Source: an uncultured Prochlorococcus sp.
GTDB taxonomy: Bacteria > Cyanobacteriota > Cyanobacteriia > PCC-6307 > Cyanobiaceae
Direction: 5' to 3'
Length of the DNA stretch: 64,000 bases
NCBI GenBank assembly: GCA_902571145.1
Contig: CACGAP010000005.1
Location: forward strand, 3,306 to 67,305
In this document: positions 28,601 to 38,707 of the stretch, in pieces
Numbering within the stretch: the first letter of the stretch is position 1
How the letters are laid out: each line of letters begins with the position of its first letter
Notes under the pieces: model-generated
What the model saw: the letters and a program-made list of their open reading frames with translations, nothing else
What the model was told of the DNA's origin: nothing
Databases searched by the model: none
Program-made: the position numbers and the translations under genes

Positions 28601-30025
28601 ATGCTTTCGTCTCAAATCAAATCAAATGAAATCATTTTTGGTAGTTGCAATAAAGATTTATTAGAAGAAATTATTTTCTATGGGATGGGTCTTGGGGCTG
28701 ATTTTGTAGAAATATTTATTGAGAATACAGACAACTCAAGCGTTCTAGCTGAAGATGATTTCATTACAAGTGTAAGCCCATCATTTGGAAAGGGTGCTGG
28801 TATTAGAATCTTCAAAGATAAAGAGGATGGATTTGTAAGTACAAATGATCTAACAAAGAATGGCTTAATGAGGTCGGTTTCTGAGGCTATTGAGATGTTA
28901 GACATCAAAGATAATCAAATAAGAGAGCTATTTAACGGTCTAGATAAACATAGGGACTACAGTTTATCCAAGAAAAAATGGATTAATGAAGTCCCATCGA
29001 TTCATGAGATAAGTGAAAAACTATTAGTCAGCACAAAGTCTCTTAAAAAAAATAATAAAATAATAACTAGAAAAGGAAGTTACTCAAGAAGTCTTCAAGA
29101 GGTAATTATAGCCTCCAGCGATGGAACCTATGTCTCAGATATTAGGCTGCATCAAACAGTTGGACTCAACGTTATTGCTAGTGATGCCCAATATAGATCT
29201 AGTGGAAGTAGAAGATTTGGATCGTCAGGATTGCCTCATGAATTCAGATTATGGGATCACGAAAAAGCAGCTAATGATGTATTCGAAAGCTCAATGAACA
29301 TGCTGTATGCAGATTATGTTGATGCGGGCCAAATGCCTGTTGTATTAGCTAATAAATTTGGTGGTGTTATATTCCACGAAGCCTGTGGTCATTTACTTGA
29401 AACTACTCAAATAGAGAGAGGAACAACACCATTTGAGAATAAATTGAATGAAAAAATTGCACATGAATCTGTAACAGCAATAGATGAAGGAATTTCAGAG
29501 GGATCCTTTGGTTCATTATCAGTAGATGATGAAGGTATGGAACCCGAAAAATCAGTTCTTATAAAAGATGGAATTTTAAAAAAATTCATATCCGACAGGG
29601 CAGGTGAATTAAGAACTGGCCATAAAAGAACAGGAAGTGGAAGAAGACAGAATTATTCTTTTGCGGCAGCTTCACGAATGAGAAATACTTATATAGCTAA
29701 AGGTGAGCACTCGAAAGAGGATTTAATCAATAGTATTAGTGACGGTCTTTACTGCAAATCAATGGGTGGTGGTAGTGTAGGTGCTACAGGACAATTTAAT
29801 TTTGCAGTAGAAGAAGGATATCTTATTAAAAATGGAAAATTAACTAATCCAGTAAAGGGAGCAACTTTGATTGGTGAGGCTAAAGAAGTTATGCCAAAAA
29901 TATCAATGTGCGGAAATGACCTAGAATTAGCTCCTGGATTCTGTGGATCCATCAGTGGAAGTGTCAACGTTACTGTAGGCCAACCTCATATTAAGGTTGA
30001 CTCAATCACTGTTGGCGGAAGATAG
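28601..30025 (+). CDS. tldD: TldD metalloprotease
   Basis: FHEACGH, DDEG, RMRNTY, G.CGS..G...V.VGQP. Confidence 0.93.
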   Translation: MLSSQIKSNEIIFGSCNKDLLEEIIFYGMGLGADFVEIFIENTDNSSVLAEDDFITSVSPSFGKGAGIRIFKDKEDGFVSTNDLTKNGLMRSVSEAIEMLDIKDNQIRELFNGLDKHRDYSLSKKKWINEVPSIHEISEKLLVSTKSLKKNNKIITRKGSYSRSLQEVIIASSDGTYVSDIRLHQTVGLNVIASDAQYRSSGSRRFGSSGLPHEFRLWDHEKAANDVFESSMNMLYADYVDAGQMPVVLANKFGGVIFHEACGHLLETTQIERGTTPFENKLNEKIAHESVTAIDEGISEGSFGSLSVDDEGMEPEKSVLIKDGILKKFISDRAGELRTGHKRTGSGRRQNYSFAAASRMRNTYIAKGEHSKEDLINSISDGLYCKSMGGGSVGATGQFNFAVEEGYLIKNGKLTNPVKGATLIGEAKEVMPKISMCGNDLELAPGFCGSISGSVNVTVGQPHIKVDSITVGGR

Positions 30026-30028
30026 GAT

Positions 30029-31381
30029 ATGAATTCAAAAGAAATAACAACTCAAATCTCTGAAGCTGCAGATTCTCTAAATCTTAAAAAATGGGATTAT
30101 GGTGCAAGCTTTTCTAATGATTATTCTGTTCAAGTAGATAAAGGTGAGGCTAAACAACTTAAGGCATCACAAAAGCAAATTCTAACTATAAGAGTTTGGA
30201 ACGAATCTAATTTAGTTGGTATTACAACAACCAGTGATATAAGTGAATGTGGTATTAAAAAAGCTCTAAATCAAGCAAATATTGCATCTGATTTTGGCAA
30301 CAAGAATGAAAGAACAGAATTCTCACCACAAGCCAAGGATCCTATTGAAGTTAAGGACTCAAAAAAAAGAAATCCTGTTGGTATAAAAAAATTACTTACT
30401 CTTTTAAGAGAAGCGGAGGTAAAACTATTAGAAAGCCATGAATCCATAAAATCTGTTCCGTATAATGGTCTATCTGAGAGTTTTTATGAGAGAGTTTATG
30501 CAAATAGTGATGGTGCCTTTCGAAGTTATACCAAAAGTCAAGCTGCACTTTATTTATTTGCAAGAGCAGAAGAGAAAAACAAGAAACCTCGTAGTTCAGG
30601 TTCTGTAAAACTTGGATATGGAGTTGAAGATATAGATATAGAGTCGTGTATTAAAGAAGCTTCTAATAAAACAATTTCTCATTTAAATTATTCATCTATT
30701 AAAACTCATAAATATTTAATATGTTTTTCCCCTGAGTCTTTTTTAACGATCATTAATGCCTTTAGTTCAATGTTTAATGCTAGAAGCATTTTAGATGGAG
30801 TTAGCTTATCTAATAAAAATTCTATTGGAGAGAAACTATCTACAGAAGCACTGAATATTTATGATGATGGTCTTCACGAAAAGAATATTTCTTCATCACC
30901 ATTTGATGGAGAAGGAACTCCTACCAAAAGACTATGTTTAATTAACAAAGGGATACTTGAAAATTTTATGCATTCTGAATCAACTGCAAGAATATTTAAA
31001 ACAATGCCCACAGGCCACGCTGGAATAGGATCAAAAGTCTCAGTATCTCCTGATTGGATAGTAGTTGAGAAATCAGAGGAAAACTCAAATCTAAAAACAT
31101 CATTAGATCACTCTACTTATGAGGGAGAATTTGTTTATATTGAAGAATTAAATGCAATCCATGCAGGTGTCAGAGCAAGTCAAGGTTCATTCTCTCTTCC
31201 ATTTGATGGATGGATCTATAAAAACGGTAAAAAAATCTCAATAGAATCTGCAACAGTAGCAGGGGATATCAAATATCTTTTGAAGAATATAGTAAATATT
31301 GAATCAAACCAAGAAGTAACAACAAGTGGAATTTCTCCACATATCTGGGTAGATAAATTATCAATAACTGGTGACGCGTGA
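30029..31381 (+). CDS. pmbA: PmbA/TldE
   Basis: FDGEG.P, TGHA, G.FSLP, no HEXXH; follows tldD. Confidence 0.9.
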   Translation: MNSKEITTQISEAADSLNLKKWDYGASFSNDYSVQVDKGEAKQLKASQKQILTIRVWNESNLVGITTTSDISECGIKKALNQANIASDFGNKNERTEFSPQAKDPIEVKDSKKRNPVGIKKLLTLLREAEVKLLESHESIKSVPYNGLSESFYERVYANSDGAFRSYTKSQAALYLFARAEEKNKKPRSSGSVKLGYGVEDIDIESCIKEASNKTISHLNYSSIKTHKYLICFSPESFLTIINAFSSMFNARSILDGVSLSNKNSIGEKLSTEALNIYDDGLHEKNISSSPFDGEGTPTKRLCLINKGILENFMHSESTARIFKTMPTGHAGIGSKVSVSPDWIVVEKSEENSNLKTSLDHSTYEGEFVYIEELNAIHAGVRASQGSFSLPFDGWIYKNGKKISIESATVAGDIKYLLKNIVNIESNQEVTTSGISPHIWVDKLSITGDA

Positions 31382-32364
31382 GAATTATATTCTGGGGAAC
31401 ACCTGAATATTCAATTGCGAGCCTTGATATTTTTATTAAATCTAAGCACGAAGTAATTGGAGTAGTTAGCCAACCCGATAAAAAAAGATCTAGGGGAAAT
31501 AAATTAATATCCTCACCTGTTAAAAGCCTTGCCGAGCAAGAATCTATAAAAATTTATACTCCAGCAAAAATCAAAGACAATATACATTTTATAAATGAAC
31601 TTAAATCACTATCTTGTGATCTATTTATTGTTATAGCTTACGGGAAAATATTACCCAAAGAGATATTAGAAATCCCAAAATTTGGATGTTGGAACGCACA
31701 TGCTTCATTACTTCCAAGATGGCGTGGTGCAGCCCCAATCCAATGGTCACTAATTAAAGGCGATGAATTTACTGGAGTAGGAATTATGAAAATGAATGAG
31801 GGACTAGATACTGGCGACTTATTATTGGAAGAAAAAATTAAAATTGATAATGACGATAATTTAAATACACTATCAGAAAAACTTAGTATTTTATCTGCAA
31901 AATTATTTTTAAATGCCACATCACTAATCGAAGAAAATATTTACAATAATACTAATTTTCAATTAACAAAACAAAATGCCCTTGGAAGAGAAATTACTTA
32001 CGCACGAATGATTGAAAAATCAGACTTTAGAGTTGATTGGGGTAATGAGGCAATTGAAATTTTTAAAAAAATAAAAGGATTATACCCACGAGCAAATACA
32101 ACTTTTAGAGGTAAGAACCTAAAAATACTTAAAATCAAAGTTTTGAGTAGTGATGAAATTAAAAATGAAAAATACCTTTTCATGAGCAATTATTCAAAAC
32201 CAGGTATTATTCTTGCTGTAAAAGAAAATGAAGGGATAATAATTTCCACTAAAACTGATCCGATCATTTTGTTAGAAGCAAAACTTGAAGGCAAAAACAT
32301 TTCTAGCAAAAAGCAATTGATACAACAGTTAAAGCCATCAGTAGGTGAATATCTCTCAGATTAA
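31378..32364 (+). CDS. fmt: Methionyl-tRNA formyltransferase
   Basis: FWGTPEY, SQPD, NAHASLLPRWRGAAPIQW, GLDTGD. Confidence 0.96.
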   Translation: MRIIFWGTPEYSIASLDIFIKSKHEVIGVVSQPDKKRSRGNKLISSPVKSLAEQESIKIYTPAKIKDNIHFINELKSLSCDLFIVIAYGKILPKEILEIPKFGCWNAHASLLPRWRGAAPIQWSLIKGDEFTGVGIMKMNEGLDTGDLLLEEKIKIDNDDNLNTLSEKLSILSAKLFLNATSLIEENIYNNTNFQLTKQNALGREITYARMIEKSDFRVDWGNEAIEIFKKIKGLYPRANTTFRGKNLKILKIKVLSSDEIKNEKYLFMSNYSKPGIILAVKENEGIIISTKTDPIILLEAKLEGKNISSKKQLIQQLKPSVGEYLSD

Positions 32365-33074
32365 GTTTTAGATTCTTTTTTAGAGAATCCCCAAATGAAG
32401 GCAATAAGAATCAAAAAATAAAAATAATAGTCTGGAAGAATAGATTCTTTAATTAACGTATTTAGTAAAAGTTTAATCCCCACTATTAAAATTGCTACGT
32501 AACCAGCTGTTTCTAATCTAGAAAATATATCCAGAAGTTTTAGAAAAATCCCCGATGTAAATCTTAAGGCTAATACTCCAATCACTGCTCCAAATATAAT
32601 TAATACGTATTGATCACTGATAGCGACTGCAGTAGTGATACTATCTATGGAAAAAGCAAAATCAGTTATTGAAAGAAGCGCTACAACCCTTAAGAACCTA
32701 AAATTATTTTTATTATTATCTGTCCCATTTTCATTGTTTTCTATATCTGAATTTAAAAAAACATTTGAGAAGAATAAGTATATTAAATAAAAACCAGCAA
32801 AAACTCTAATAAGAATAAACTTTAGAAAAACATTAGATAATATGATCAGAATAATCCTAAATAATAAAGATATTGTAATGCCAATATTTAAGGCTCTTGA
32901 CCTTAATTCTGAACTGTCAAGGGATTTAGTAAGAGAAGCTAGTGCGACAGCATTATCTGCCGATAGTAATAATTCTAGAGCGATTAATATTGGTAAAAGT
33001 GTAAAGATTTCGTACCAACTATCTACCTGATCTAGTGTGGGTATAAAAGAATTTATTGCAGCTGAATCCATCAA
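32361..33074 (-). CDS. TerC-family membrane protein
   Basis: LELLLSADNA, D.AFSIDSI..A.A. Confidence 0.9.
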   Translation of the reverse strand: MMDSAAINSFIPTLDQVDSWYEIFTLLPILIALELLLSADNAVALASLTKSLDSSELRSRALNIGITISLLFRIILIILSNVFLKFILIRVFAGFYLIYLFFSNVFLNSDIENNENGTDNNKNNFRFLRVVALLSITDFAFSIDSITTAVAISDQYVLIIFGAVIGVLALRFTSGIFLKLLDIFSRLETAGYVAILIVGIKLLLNTLIKESILPDYYFYFLILIAFIWGFSKKESKT

Positions 33075-33145
33075 ATATTATTCACAATCAGTATAAAATC
33101 TAATATAATGTATCGGATATTTGTAATCAAGATTGATAACTATAA

Positions 33146-36100
33146 ATGAGTTTAAATACTTTAGTTGATTATATTTCGAACTCACAAATTACTTCTGAAT
33201 TAATAAAAAGAATTTCAAAAAATAATGAATTAAATATTGTTGGTTCAAGTAGATATGCAAAATCAATAATCTTAGATAGCATCGCAAAAAAAGAGGGAAA
33301 AAATATATTATTAATTTGTCCTAATGTTGAAATTGCCTACAAATGGATTGGTTATTTTGAAAGTATAAATGATAAAGCAGTTTTATATTATCCTCCAACA
33401 GAACATCTACCATACTCATCAATTAATAAATCCAAAGAGATTGAATTTAGTCAGCTTACTGTTTTATCCAAATTAATAAAAAAAGATAAAAATGAACTTA
33501 ATATTGTTATATCAACAGAGAGATCACTACAACCTCATCTAATTAATAAAAACTTATTAATTGAAAACAAGTTAGATTTGCAAAAAGGTGTTCAAATCGA
33601 GATTCAAGAATTAGCAAATAAACTTACTTTGCTTGGTTATACGAAGGATAATGTAACTTCAACAGAGGGATTCTGGAGTAGGAGAGGGGAAATAATAGAT
33701 ATTTATCCTGTCAATAATGAGTTTCCTATAAGATTAGAATTTTTTGATAATGTAATTGAGAAGATAAGAGAATATGATCCCAATACACAGAAAACATTAG
33801 AAAGTATCAATAATATTGAAATAATACAGGCTGGATTAGATTTGCTAATAAAAGAAAAGTTAAATAATTTTTCTAAGAACGGTATTTTTAATTCAGAAGA
33901 TATAAATAAAAATAATCTTGATCGTTATTTAGGAATAATTGAAGAAGAACCCTCTAATATAATAGATTTTATTGATAGGGAAACAATTCTTGTAATTGAT
34001 GAATTAGAAGCTTGTACGAAATTTGCAAATAATTGGTATCTAGATTCAGAAAGTAATTTTGATAATTGTAAGTATGAATTAAATGATAACCTTAAAAATA
34101 ATGATATCAATTTAGAGGCAAAACCTAATTTACATTTAAAGTTTGACGAAATATTAAATTCACTAGGAAATTTTAATTTGATAAAATTTTATGAATTTGA
34201 ATCTAAAGTCAATATTGATAATAAGTTTTTATTAAATGATAAAAGAATAAATTCATACTCTAAAAATATAGGAAAATTATCCAATGATATAAATAAAAAT
34301 ATTAAAAACAATGAAAAAGTATGGATATTATCAGCACAGCCATTGAGAACTAGGACTTTACTTTTTGAGCACGAATGTAATACAAACTTCTTAAACAATC
34401 CTAATGATATTGATGAAGCATTTAAGGCTATTAATAATTCAACTCCTTTAATTCTAAAAAATAAGAACAATTACGAAATCGAAGGTTTTTATCTTCCGAT
34501 ATGGAAAGTTGTCCTAATTACAGATAAAGAATTATTTTCACAACAATCTCTTTTTAATAATGTATTCATAAGAAGAAAAAAAAGAAGTGTAAATTCAAAC
34601 ATAAATGTAAATAAGATTAGTCCCGGTGATTTTATAGTTCATAAAAATCATGGAATAGGAAAATTTTTAAAAATAGAAAAAATAAATATAACTGGAGATT
34701 CAAGAGATTATTTAGTCATTCAGTATCAAGATGGCAAGATAAGTGTTGCCGCTGATCAACTTGGTAGTGTTAACAGATATAGATCAAGTGGAAAAATAAA
34801 GCCAAAAATAAATAAATTAGGAGGGACCGAATGGGAAAGAATAAAAGATAAAAATAAGAAACAAATCAAAAAAGTTGCTGTGGATATATTAAAACTTTAT
34901 GCAAAGAGAGAAAAATTAAAGGGGTACATTTACCCAAAAGATGGTCCTTGGCAAGATGAATTAGAGGAATCATTCCCTTATCAACCAACACCTGATCAAA
35001 TTACTGCTGTAGAGGAAATAAAATCTGATATGGAAAGCGATAAGCCAATGGATAGGCTAGTGTGTGGAGATGTAGGATTTGGCAAAACGGAAGTGGCCGT
35101 TCGGGCCATTTTTAAAGCTATTACATCAGGCAAACAGGTAATATTGCTAGCACCTACAACAATACTAGCTCAGCAACATTGGAGAACAATAAATAATAGA
35201 TTTTCACCTTACCCAATAAAAGTTTCATTACTAAATAGGTTCAAAACCGTTAATGAAAGAAAGGAAATCTATGCAGGGTTGAAAGATAATAAAATAGATT
35301 TAGTTGTAGCAACGCACCAAATTTTAGGAAAAGAAATTGAAATTAAAAACTTAGGACTACTAGTTATTGATGAAGAACAAAGATTTGGAGTAAGACAAAA
35401 GGAGAAAATTAAAAAAATCAAAACCAACATAGACGTTTTAACTCTTTCGGCTACTCCAATTCCAAGAACTCTCTATATGAGCTTATCTGGACTGAGGCAA
35501 ATGAGCTTATTAAATACTCCTCCTCCATCAAGAAGATCAATAAAAACATATTTATCTGAAATAGATATGGATGTTATCAGAACTGCAATTAATCAAGAAC
35601 TTGATAGGGGAGGACAAATATTTTATGTTCTTCCAAGAATTTCTGATATCGATCAAGCTGTAAACAAATTAAAAAATATGTTTCCCAGCTTAAAATTTAT
35701 TATTGCTCATGGGCAAATGAACGAAACAGAGCTTGAAAATGCAATGATTGCTTTTAATAATGGAGAAGTAGATCTAATGATATGCACAACGATAATTGAA
35801 AGTGGATTAGACATCCCAAAAGTAAATACAATTATTATTGAAGATTCTCACAAATTTGGATTATCACAACTTTATCAACTTAGGGGGAGAGTTGGTAGAA
35901 GCGGTGTACAAGCACATGCTTGGTTATTTTATCCAAATATAAATAAAATTAATGACGCTGCGAAACAAAGATTGAAAGCGATTAAAGATTTTTCAGAACT
36001 GGGAAGTGGATACCAACTCGCAATGAAAGATATGGAAATAAGAGGTGTTGGTAGTTTATTAGGAGAAGAACAAAGTGGAAAGGTAAATGCTATTGGATAT

Positions 36101-36655
36101 GATTTATATATAGAAATGCTCCATGAGGCGATTTCAGAAATCAGTGGGCAAGAAATACCTGAAGTAAACGACACTCAAATTGATCTACCAATAAATGCAT
36201 TTATACCTGCAACATGGATATTAAACAGAGAAGAGAAGCTTGAGGCTTACAAATCTGCTACTGAATGTTCAAGTAATAATGAATTAACTGAATTAGCTAC
36301 AGACTGGGTGAATAGATATGGAAACTTACCCAAACCTGTTGAGTCCTTAATTATGATAATGAGACTAAAATTACTAGCTAAAAAATGTGGTTTTAATAAG
36401 ATCAAGCTCAAAAAGCCAAACATCTTGATTGAGACAAAATTAAAAAATTCTACTTTTAAAATTCTTAAAAAATCTTTGGCAAGTAGTGTTCAAAATAAAT
36501 TTTATTTTAATGAAGGCGAACAATTATCGATCATCACTATAAGGGGTTTAGGTGTAACTGAAATTCAAAATCAAATTGATCAACTAATGTTGTGGTTCAG
36601 TTCTTTTGAGAGAGAAATAAAGAATTTCGATAAAGAACTTATTAAAAGAGAATAA
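33146..36655 (+). CDS. mfd: Transcription-repair coupling factor
   Basis: MDRLVCGDVGFGKTEV, DEEQRFG, SATPIPRT, QLRGRVGR, TRCF domain. Confidence 0.98.
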   Translation: MSLNTLVDYISNSQITSELIKRISKNNELNIVGSSRYAKSIILDSIAKKEGKNILLICPNVEIAYKWIGYFESINDKAVLYYPPTEHLPYSSINKSKEIEFSQLTVLSKLIKKDKNELNIVISTERSLQPHLINKNLLIENKLDLQKGVQIEIQELANKLTLLGYTKDNVTSTEGFWSRRGEIIDIYPVNNEFPIRLEFFDNVIEKIREYDPNTQKTLESINNIEIIQAGLDLLIKEKLNNFSKNGIFNSEDINKNNLDRYLGIIEEEPSNIIDFIDRETILVIDELEACTKFANNWYLDSESNFDNCKYELNDNLKNNDINLEAKPNLHLKFDEILNSLGNFNLIKFYEFESKVNIDNKFLLNDKRINSYSKNIGKLSNDINKNIKNNEKVWILSAQPLRTRTLLFEHECNTNFLNNPNDIDEAFKAINNSTPLILKNKNNYEIEGFYLPIWKVVLITDKELFSQQSLFNNVFIRRKKRSVNSNINVNKISPGDFIVHKNHGIGKFLKIEKINITGDSRDYLVIQYQDGKISVAADQLGSVNRYRSSGKIKPKINKLGGTEWERIKDKNKKQIKKVAVDILKLYAKREKLKGYIYPKDGPWQDELEESFPYQPTPDQITAVEEIKSDMESDKPMDRLVCGDVGFGKTEVAVRAIFKAITSGKQVILLAPTTILAQQHWRTINNRFSPYPIKVSLLNRFKTVNERKEIYAGLKDNKIDLVVATHQILGKEIEIKNLGLLVIDEEQRFGVRQKEKIKKIKTNIDVLTLSATPIPRTLYMSLSGLRQMSLLNTPPPSRRSIKTYLSEIDMDVIRTAINQELDRGGQIFYVLPRISDIDQAVNKLKNMFPSLKFIIAHGQMNETELENAMIAFNNGEVDLMICTTIIESGLDIPKVNTIIIEDSHKFGLSQLYQLRGRVGRSGVQAHAWLFYPNINKINDAAKQRLKAIKDFSELGSGYQLAMKDMEIRGVGSLLGEEQSGKVNAIGYDLYIEMLHEAISEISGQEIPEVNDTQIDLPINAFIPATWILNREEKLEAYKSATECSSNNELTELATDWVNRYGNLPKPVESLIMIMRLKLLAKKCGFNKIKLKKPNILIETKLKNSTFKILKKSLASSVQNKFYFNEGEQLSIITIRGLGVTEIQNQIDQLMLWFSSFEREIKNFDKELIKRE

Positions 36656-36727
36656 ATTATTAAATAATTATTTAAAATCCGCGAATCAGTTTGATTTCGG
36701 TTAGGTTTATAAAAATTTATTTATTTT

Positions 36728-36889
36728 ATGGGTGAATATATAGACGTCGGAATACAAACTTCGATTTTACCCTTATCAATTATTCTTTCATCAATTGTAC
36801 TAGGCATATTTGCATTATTTGGAGAAGAAACAGAAAATGATGATGATGATTCTGATTCAGGAAGTGGTGGACTAATGCAACCTATTTGA
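36728..36889 (+). CDS. Single-TM microprotein with acidic tail, 53 aa (not in ORF track)
   Basis: MGEYIDVGIQTSILPLSIILSSIVLGIFALFGEETENDDDDSDSGSGGLMQPI*. Confidence 0.7.
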   Translation: MGEYIDVGIQTSILPLSIILSSIVLGIFALFGEETENDDDDSDSGSGGLMQPI

Positions 36890-36891
36890 AA

Positions 36892-37260
36892 TTATTTATA
36901 AAAAATTTGTTTTGACTTTCTCTTAGAGATTTTCAACAACCTATTAAATGAACCTATTATTAAAATAAGAGAAGTAAAAGAAGAGACAAAAATAAAAATC
37001 ACCAAAAATATTTCGTAAAGATATGAAAAGAGGTTAATTATTAATAAAAAAGATTTATTAATCGTAGTGGGTAAGTTTTGTAGGAGCAAATTTTTATTAG
37101 GAATTAAATAATTTATACAAACTAATAAAATACTAAAAATAAACAAAAAGAAAGATTCAGTAAATAGTCGTTTTTTAGATTTTCTTCTTAAATTTAATTT
37201 TTTTTTAAAAATATTTTTATCAGATTTAATATTCAAATTTGGGATGTTTAAATCTGCCAT
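36892..37260 (-). CDS. Hypothetical membrane protein
   Basis: Basic N-terminus, two TM segments. Confidence 0.7.
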   Translation of the reverse strand: MADLNIPNLNIKSDKNIFKKKLNLRRKSKKRLFTESFFLFIFSILLVCINYLIPNKNLLLQNLPTTINKSFLLIINLFSYLYEIFLVIFIFVSSFTSLILIIGSFNRLLKISKRKSKQIFYK

Positions 37261-37348
37261 ACATCAAAGCTCTAAGAATAGGTTTGGATTACTCTGAAAA
37301 GAAATTAACCTATAGTATCGCGTTTGTATTTAAGATGCTAATGGATCT

Positions 37349-37939
37349 TTATTCTGGATTTATTTGTTCTTTTTTTTCTATATTTTCAAAAGGACTATAA
37401 AAATAGATAAAAGAAGAAGAGAATAGAATTAAAGAGCAAATTGCAATAAACGGTGGGATAAAGAGATTGAAAAATTTAGCTTTTTTACTTAACCCAAATC
37501 TTAATTTTTTAGGAATGTTAGTATGTATATCAGTTATTATCCTTCTTACTTTTGGCGATTCATTTAACTGATCAAAACAATTTATGGTATCTGAAAGCAA
37601 TGAATTACCAATCTTTAAAACTAGAGGCTTAACATTTGGTTTAGAGCTCTTGAGAACAATATTATGTATATGGAGATTATCGGCTTTTATATCGATTAAT
37701 TTAGACTCATATGTTGGGATTTCGTTTTTGATTAAAAGATTTGAATAAATATAAAAAGCATCCATAATAGGCCCTAAATGTTCAATTTTGCCCTCAATAA
37801 GTGGTTTATCAACTATGGTTAATTTCCATTGAGAAATTATAGATATTTGATCTTTATTTTCATTATTAGAATAATCTGGCAATCCGATTATTTCGAGACT
37901 TACTGAAGATTGATGAAATGACAATTTATTTTGGATCAT
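37349..37939 (-). CDS. DUF4335-like protein
   Basis: LEI.GLPDYS, ILS/IIS.W.L, EG..EHL, C-terminal TM; next to a DUF3038 gene. Confidence 0.65.
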   Translation of the reverse strand: MIQNKLSFHQSSVSLEIIGLPDYSNNENKDQISIISQWKLTIVDKPLIEGKIEHLGPIMDAFYIYSNLLIKNEIPTYESKLIDIKADNLHIHNIVLKSSKPNVKPLVLKIGNSLLSDTINCFDQLNESPKVRRIITDIHTNIPKKLRFGLSKKAKFFNLFIPPFIAICSLILFSSSFIYFYSPFENIEKKEQINPE

Positions 37940-37940
37940 A

Positions 37941-38453
37941 TTAAAAATCGTATAAAAAATTTTTCAACTTTTGATAACCCTGATTTGAAATGCAAAAAGA
38001 TAAAATAAGCAAACACTTTATTATAATCTCATCATTCTCAGCTTGATTTAAAAGCTTTTTCACTCTCACACTATCTATATTAAATCTCTCTTTAATCAAC
38101 TCAATAAACCTTTTATTAAAATCATTCCAAATAACTGAATTCTCATCAATATCTTCTTTAGATTTCAGTATCTCTCTGATATAAGGATATAAATATCTAG
38201 ACATTTCAACTGTAATTCTAATTAAGGCATCGAATTCGTTAAGTTTAATATTGTTAGTAACATAAGATTTTCTCAATGGGTTATTGTTCCTTAATTTCCA
38301 AATAGTTATTTTATTTGGTAGGACATTATTTAGATTAAGTCTATTTGATAAGGCGAAAAGGGACTGGATTCCATTTAAGTCTATAGTTTCTAGTATTAAT
38401 AATAATAAATCAAGTTTCTCTATAGATTTTCTTGATACCTGATTTCCTCTAAT
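37941..38453 (-). CDS. DUF3038 family protein; coding region extends 59 codons beyond the ORF-track start (candidate ATT start 38453)
   Basis: In-frame upstream LDLLLLILETIDLNG...IWKLRNNNPLRKS matches the family N-terminus; in-frame TAA at 38472-38474. Confidence 0.75.
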   Translation of the reverse strand: MRGNQVSRKSIEKLDLLLLILETIDLNGIQSLFALSNRLNLNNVLPNKITIWKLRNNNPLRKSYVTNNIKLNEFDALIRITVEMSRYLYPYIREILKSKEDIDENSVIWNDFNKRFIELIKERFNIDSVRVKKLLNQAENDEIIIKCLLILSFCISNQGYQKLKNFLYDF

Positions 38454-38504
38454 TAAAACTGTAATTGTTCTTTATTAAAATATGGACAAATTATAACAGA
38501 ATTA

Positions 38505-38702
38505 TTAATCCATTTTTTGAAATAAAAATGAATATAACTTATCTAGCTCTTCAATAGTTAGCATTCCATAACTCCACAATAATATTGGTAATGGAGTATT
38601 ATTTTTTAAAGATAATTTTATACCAAGTTCAATAGTAGATTCATCTAAACCTAGTACATTAAATAAAAAAATTATCATTTCTCTAGATAAATAATTATTC
38701 AT
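38505..38702 (-). CDS. DUF2949 family protein
   Basis: LGL....IELG.K......PLPILLWSYG.LT.EEL. Confidence 0.85.
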   Translation of the reverse strand: MNNYLSREMIIFLFNVLGLDESTIELGIKLSLKNNTPLPILLWSYGMLTIEELDKLYSFLFQKMD

Positions 38703-38707
38703 GAATC

